Part shown: one piece after another, positions 14,491 to 18,983 of the stretch
Layout: each line of letters opens with the position of its first letter
Position numbering within the stretch: position 1 is the stretch's first letter
Source of the DNA: an archaeon
Lineage (GTDB): Archaea > EX4484-52 > B79-G9
DNA: 18,983 nucleotides
Reading direction: 5' to 3'
NCBI GenBank assembly: GCA_043813875.1
Contig: JBDRKP010000060.1
Coordinates: forward strand, 1-18,983
Made by a program: the position numbers and the translations under genes
The notes under the pieces: generated by a model
The model's input: the letters and a program-made list of their open reading frames with translations, nothing else
The model's database searches: none
What the model was told of the DNA's origin: nothing

Positions 14491-17400
14491 ATGTCGAAAG
14501 CAGTTTTTAAAAAAAAATGGATAATTATACTCGCGACAATAATATTTCTTTTTCCGATAGAAGAAACAAATAGTATTGAATGCGATTCATGCGCCTTGTG
14601 TGACCAATATGCAGATACATACGATTTTGTGGAACTTAATCAAAGCATATCTAATTTTACCGCCACATGTATAGACATTGCCAAAGACAATACAACAATA
14701 GACTGTAAAGGATTTAACATAAGTGGAAGTGGAGTTTCTGGATCATATGGTATAAAAATAAATCGAAATAATATCACCATCAAAAATTGCACCATTGAAT
14801 ATTTTTTCTATGGTGCATATCTATTGGTTGCACAAAACGGCACACTAACAGACAATGTAATCAAGTCGAATACGCAGCGTGGAATACACTTAACAGGAAA
14901 CTCCATTTATAACAACTTGACAAAAAATATTATTTTAAACAATACCTACGGTATTTATATTCAAGGCTCCAACAGCAATAAAATGACTACCAATAATATA
15001 ACAAAGAGCACCTATGGAATAACAATAGTAACATCAAACAACAACACAATTTACAACAACAAAATAAAAAACAACACAGGATACGAGATAAATGTAACTG
15101 GCGAGAACAACAACATATCCAACAATTACTTCAAAAATGACGTGCTTCCTGACACGAATTATCCACCTACCACAATATTCGAAAACAACATCTTCGCAGA
15201 CTGGACCGCAGGCCCGCTCACCAACTATCTTTCAGATTTCGCCACCATCACAGAAGCCGTCACTGCTGCCTCTGCAGACGACGTAATTTACGTCTTCAAA
15301 AGACAATCATCAGAATCATACAACGAATGCCTTGACATAACAAAAACAGATCTGACAATAAACGGCGAGGAAAGAGACGCCACACGGATCAACTGCACAA
15401 CAGGAACCGCCACAAACATAACATCAGACAGCGTCAGTTTCAGCAACTTCACATTCGAATCATACGACAGTGACTATCCTGTAATCAACCTCAGCGCAAA
15501 TAACGCCTACATCTCAAACATAACAATCACAGACCAGAAAAACGGCATCCAAATCCAAAACTCAGACAACAACATCCTCGAACACCTCGACATAAACAAC
15601 ACGAAACACGCCATAAACATCACAAATTCAGACAACACAACGATAAAACAAAGCGCATTCATCAACACAAGCATGGGTGCCATAGACTCGACAGGCATCA
15701 GCATCCAGAACAACACATTCACAACCTTGGAAGCCTCAGACGACACCGCCACAATATTTGAGAACACAAACGACTCAATAATAGAGAACAACACATACGA
15801 AAACACAAGCATCTCAATATCCATTGACTCAAGCAGAAACACAAACATAACAGGCAATATACTCAAAGGAAAAATAATCATCTCCATGACACCGATCATG
15901 ATAACCAACAGCACCCAATCAGTCATATACCAGAACCTCTTAACCGGATTTGAATGGGGAATCACTTTAGAGAACTCAGACGCGATAACGATTGACCAGA
16001 ACACCATAAACGACATCACATCATCTTCCAGTTCAGCTATCCAAGTCACAAGAACAAACAACACGAATATAACCAACAACACACTAAACATATCCGAAAT
16101 CGCGATATCAATCAGAGGAGGAGATTCAAACACAATCTACAACAACACCATAACAGGCGCATCCAACACATCAATAATGCTCAACCCGGATTATTCTGCA
16201 CCGCTCACCCTATTGCGCAACAACACAATAGAAAAAAACACAATAGAAGACACAGGCACAGCAATCTCATTAAACAGGACCTACGGCACAAAAGTCACGC
16301 AAAACACAATAAAAAACACAACATCCCCCTCATCACTTTACATAACGAACTCAAGCCATGACAACATAACATACAACACACTAGAGCAGGGGACGAACGC
16401 AATCGAATTTAGAAGCGCAGGCAACGGACTCATACAGGGAAACACCATCATCAACTACACAACCCATGCCATAAACTACGACTACGACCCGTCAAGCCAG
16501 ATATACAACTACGAAAACACAATCAGAGACAACATAATAACAGGCGGAACTGATGCCATATACATCAAAAGATTCAATAACAGCACCATCACAAACAACA
16601 CAATAACCGGAACGACAAACAAGGGCATATATACAACAGACACAAATTACACCAACATAACAGAAAACACCATAACATACTCATTTTCAGGCATAGAATT
16701 ATTCATGAACACAGAAAACACCATCCTAGACAAGAACACGATAAGCCATATCAACAACAAAGGCATAACATCAGACAGCGTAGGAAACACAGACATCACA
16801 ATCTCAAGAAACCACATAGAAAACGCCACATACGGCCTATACCTCAGCGACACGATCAAGCTGATAATAACCGAAAATATCATTGAAAACTCAACAGAAA
16901 TAAACCAACGCGGAGCATATATATTCAACATAGCAAACGCCTCAATAAAAAACAACACATTCTCTTATCTTAACTACTCCGGGAATTACGGCATATATCT
17001 CATGAACACAAACACGAGCAACATAACAGGAAACAGATTCCAGCAAGACACAACTGGCCTCTATATAACCGGGAGCGAATACAACAACATAACAGAAAAC
17101 ATATTCACAGGCAACATCATCAAAGGCATAGAACTGACATACCAGAACAACAGCCTCTGGATGAACAATTTCAGCGATTCAAGCAACGACTTCGGAACTC
17201 CCGAAGATAATGAATACTGCATAATGGGACTTGATAACCACTATAGCAGCCCCGCCTACGACAGCAACTGGTCATACACATGCCCCCGCAACTTTGAAAA
17301 CTCCCTCAACGACACAGTAATCTATGTGAACGACACAATCGAATTCATGACAAACACATCCGTGGGCGAAAGCAACATCACAACACTCAACATAACAATA

Positions 17401-18983
17401 AACAACACAAACCACACAATGACACTAAAAAGTGGAAACAACATAAAGGGCATCTGGACATACGAATTCAGCGACACGTTCCTGCCCGGAACATACAACG
17501 CGACCCTCATCTACTACTACGAAGCAGACGACGACGAAGGAGCAGAAAATATCTCTTTGCAATATAAATCCTTCGAAGTGACAGAACTGAACCTGTCCAC
17601 ACAGATCTATTCATCCAACAGGACAGAACCAGCATGGGCCATAGCCACAGTCACAAACAACGCGACACAGATAGAATATGTGATATCAGAACTATACTGG
17701 AACGATACACTGATAGGATCCGCAAACCAGACAGAATACACAAAATATGGCAATAACTGGACATACAACCTGCAGCTGAACAACACAAACCGCTCAGGCG
17801 CATACATCATAAACACCACCATCGCAGCCGGCCAGACTAGGACAGTGACAGACACATTCATAATCAGCTACGGAACCGCCGCAATCAACATAGATACAAT
17901 GCCAAATATACTGGCCTACAACATGACCACGCCCCAGAACTACACCATAACAGCAGAAAACGGCGACCTGAATAACATAACAATAACATTCCAATCAAAT
18001 GATACATCCGCAGTAGAAATAACCCCTGCATCATGGCACATAGACTACATGAATGCATCCGACATGACACAATTACAAATAAGCATAACACCAAACAAGA
18101 CCGGAACATACCGCATAACAATCAACTCAACACCAGAAAACGGCACCTACGACACAAAGACAAAAGACATCCAAGTAAGAAAAATAAACATGACAGCAGA
18201 CACATATCCAAAAACAGCAAACGTCACACAATACATAACCCTGGCCGCATACATCCAGAACAACGCCACAGAGATCACAGGCGTCAACGCAGCGATATAC
18301 TGGAACGGCACGCTTCAGGATACATTGTCCCTCAACCAATCGGGTACAATATCAGGAGACGGCGATGACAATACATACAGATACAACAAAACAGCCAACA
18401 TAACACAAAGATCAGGCAACTATACCATCAACTTCATAGCCACCGCTACAAACAACGCAACAGCCACCGAATACTACTACATCAGCTACGGCACGATAAA
18501 CATAACAATATCCCCGTCACCTTCAGAGATGAACACAAACACCACAAAGATACAATATGTAAACATAACAGCAGTCAACGGCGACCTGAAAAACATCACA
18601 GCAACAATCACGATAGACAACACATCAATACTCAACATATCTTCCGGAGAAACCACAACAAAAAGCTACTGGTACCTCAACTCGACCCACACATGGAACC
18701 TAAGCTGGCAGCTGAACGCAACAAGCACCACAAACACCACCATAAACATAACAGCAGAAGCACACAATACGACTACAACCTCAAGGCAAAAAACAATCAC
18801 CATAAAAGAACTCACATTGAACGCATCCCTCACTCCGGCAACAATAAACATAACCGGAAACACCGTAGAGATTTACGCAAACATCTCAGGCAATATAACA
18901 AAAATAGAATACGTGACAGCAAACGTGACATGGAACGCAACCTCAAAACAGAACATAACACTTGAATTCCACCACTACTATCC
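14491..18983 (+). CDS. Giant secreted surface glycoprotein with right-handed parallel beta-helix (NosD/CASH-like) regions followed by ~200-aa Ig-like repeat units; 3' partial
   Basis: Manual reading shows an open frame from ATG 14491 (MSKAVFKKKWIIILATIIFLF...) to the window end (1497 codons, no stop, hence missing from the ORF track). It contains TCIDI..DNTTIDCKG, many GIY...NNTI..N coils, repeated ISYGT / NGDL.NIT / YWN motifs and very many N-x-S/T sequons. Confidence 0.92.
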   Translation, partial: MSKAVFKKKWIIILATIIFLFPIEETNSIECDSCALCDQYADTYDFVELNQSISNFTATCIDIAKDNTTIDCKGFNISGSGVSGSYGIKINRNNITIKNCTIEYFFYGAYLLVAQNGTLTDNVIKSNTQRGIHLTGNSIYNNLTKNIILNNTYGIYIQGSNSNKMTTNNITKSTYGITIVTSNNNTIYNNKIKNNTGYEINVTGENNNISNNYFKNDVLPDTNYPPTTIFENNIFADWTAGPLTNYLSDFATITEAVTAASADDVIYVFKRQSSESYNECLDITKTDLTINGEERDATRINCTTGTATNITSDSVSFSNFTFESYDSDYPVINLSANNAYISNITITDQKNGIQIQNSDNNILEHLDINNTKHAINITNSDNTTIKQSAFINTSMGAIDSTGISIQNNTFTTLEASDDTATIFENTNDSIIENNTYENTSISISIDSSRNTNITGNILKGKIIISMTPIMITNSTQSVIYQNLLTGFEWGITLENSDAITIDQNTINDITSSSSSAIQVTRTNNTNITNNTLNISEIAISIRGGDSNTIYNNTITGASNTSIMLNPDYSAPLTLLRNNTIEKNTIEDTGTAISLNRTYGTKVTQNTIKNTTSPSSLYITNSSHDNITYNTLEQGTNAIEFRSAGNGLIQGNTIINYTTHAINYDYDPSSQIYNYENTIRDNIITGGTDAIYIKRFNNSTITNNTITGTTNKGIYTTDTNYTNITENTITYSFSGIELFMNTENTILDKNTISHINNKGITSDSVGNTDITISRNHIENATYGLYLSDTIKLIITENIIENSTEINQRGAYIFNIANASIKNNTFSYLNYSGNYGIYLMNTNTSNITGNRFQQDTTGLYITGSEYNNITENIFTGNIIKGIELTYQNNSLWMNNFSDSSNDFGTPEDNEYCIMGLDNHYSSPAYDSNWSYTCPRNFENSLNDTVIYVNDTIEFMTNTSVGESNITTLNITINNTNHTMTLKSGNNIKGIWTYEFSDTFLPGTYNATLIYYYEADDDEGAENISLQYKSFEVTELNLSTQIYSSNRTEPAWAIATVTNNATQIEYVISELYWNDTLIGSANQTEYTKYGNNWTYNLQLNNTNRSGAYIINTTIAAGQTRTVTDTFIISYGTAAINIDTMPNILAYNMTTPQNYTITAENGDLNNITITFQSNDTSAVEITPASWHIDYMNASDMTQLQISITPNKTGTYRITINSTPENGTYDTKTKDIQVRKINMTADTYPKTANVTQYITLAAYIQNNATEITGVNAAIYWNGTLQDTLSLNQSGTISGDGDDNTYRYNKTANITQRSGNYTINFIATATNNATATEYYYISYGTINITISPSPSEMNTNTTKIQYVNITAVNGDLKNITATITIDNTSILNISSGETTTKSYWYLNSTHTWNLSWQLNATSTTNTTINITAEAHNTTTTSRQKTITIKELTLNASLTPATINITGNTVEIYANISGNITKIEYVTANVTWNATSKQNITLEFHHYY

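Noticed and set aside
15507..18965. Short hydrophobic minus-strand ORFs and His/Arg-rich plus-strand ORFs
   Set aside because: These are shadow frames of the A/C-rich giant gene.

Overview
Archaeal chromosomal window. The basis is RNase P subunits Rpp30/Pop5, a homodimeric GlyRS, archaeal MinD, a single-domain KaiC-like ATPase, GGTGA-type RBSs and TTTATAAA boxes; a DPANN-type origin is my inference only. The left and middle parts hold a CLC-CBS anion transporter, a twin-arginine transglutaminase-like/TPR protein, glyS, MinD with a small downstream partner, a sugar nucleotidyltransferase, a truncated cupin, a GT4 glycosyltransferase and rnp3-rnp2. The right part is a cell-surface locus: a KaiC-like ATPase, two secreted Cys/Asp-rich repeat proteins and a giant (>1497 aa, runs off the window, absent from the ORF track) beta-helix/Ig-like glycoprotein. 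The most unusual signal is four near-identical in-frame 76-bp cassettes shared by the two Cys-rich genes. They alternate with variable loops, the two genes end in different C-terminal anchors, and a strongly structured intergenic region lies between them. This is a candidate recombination or gene-conversion system for surface-protein variation. The left edge looks like a zinc-ribbon-repeat gene interrupted by an inserted element.
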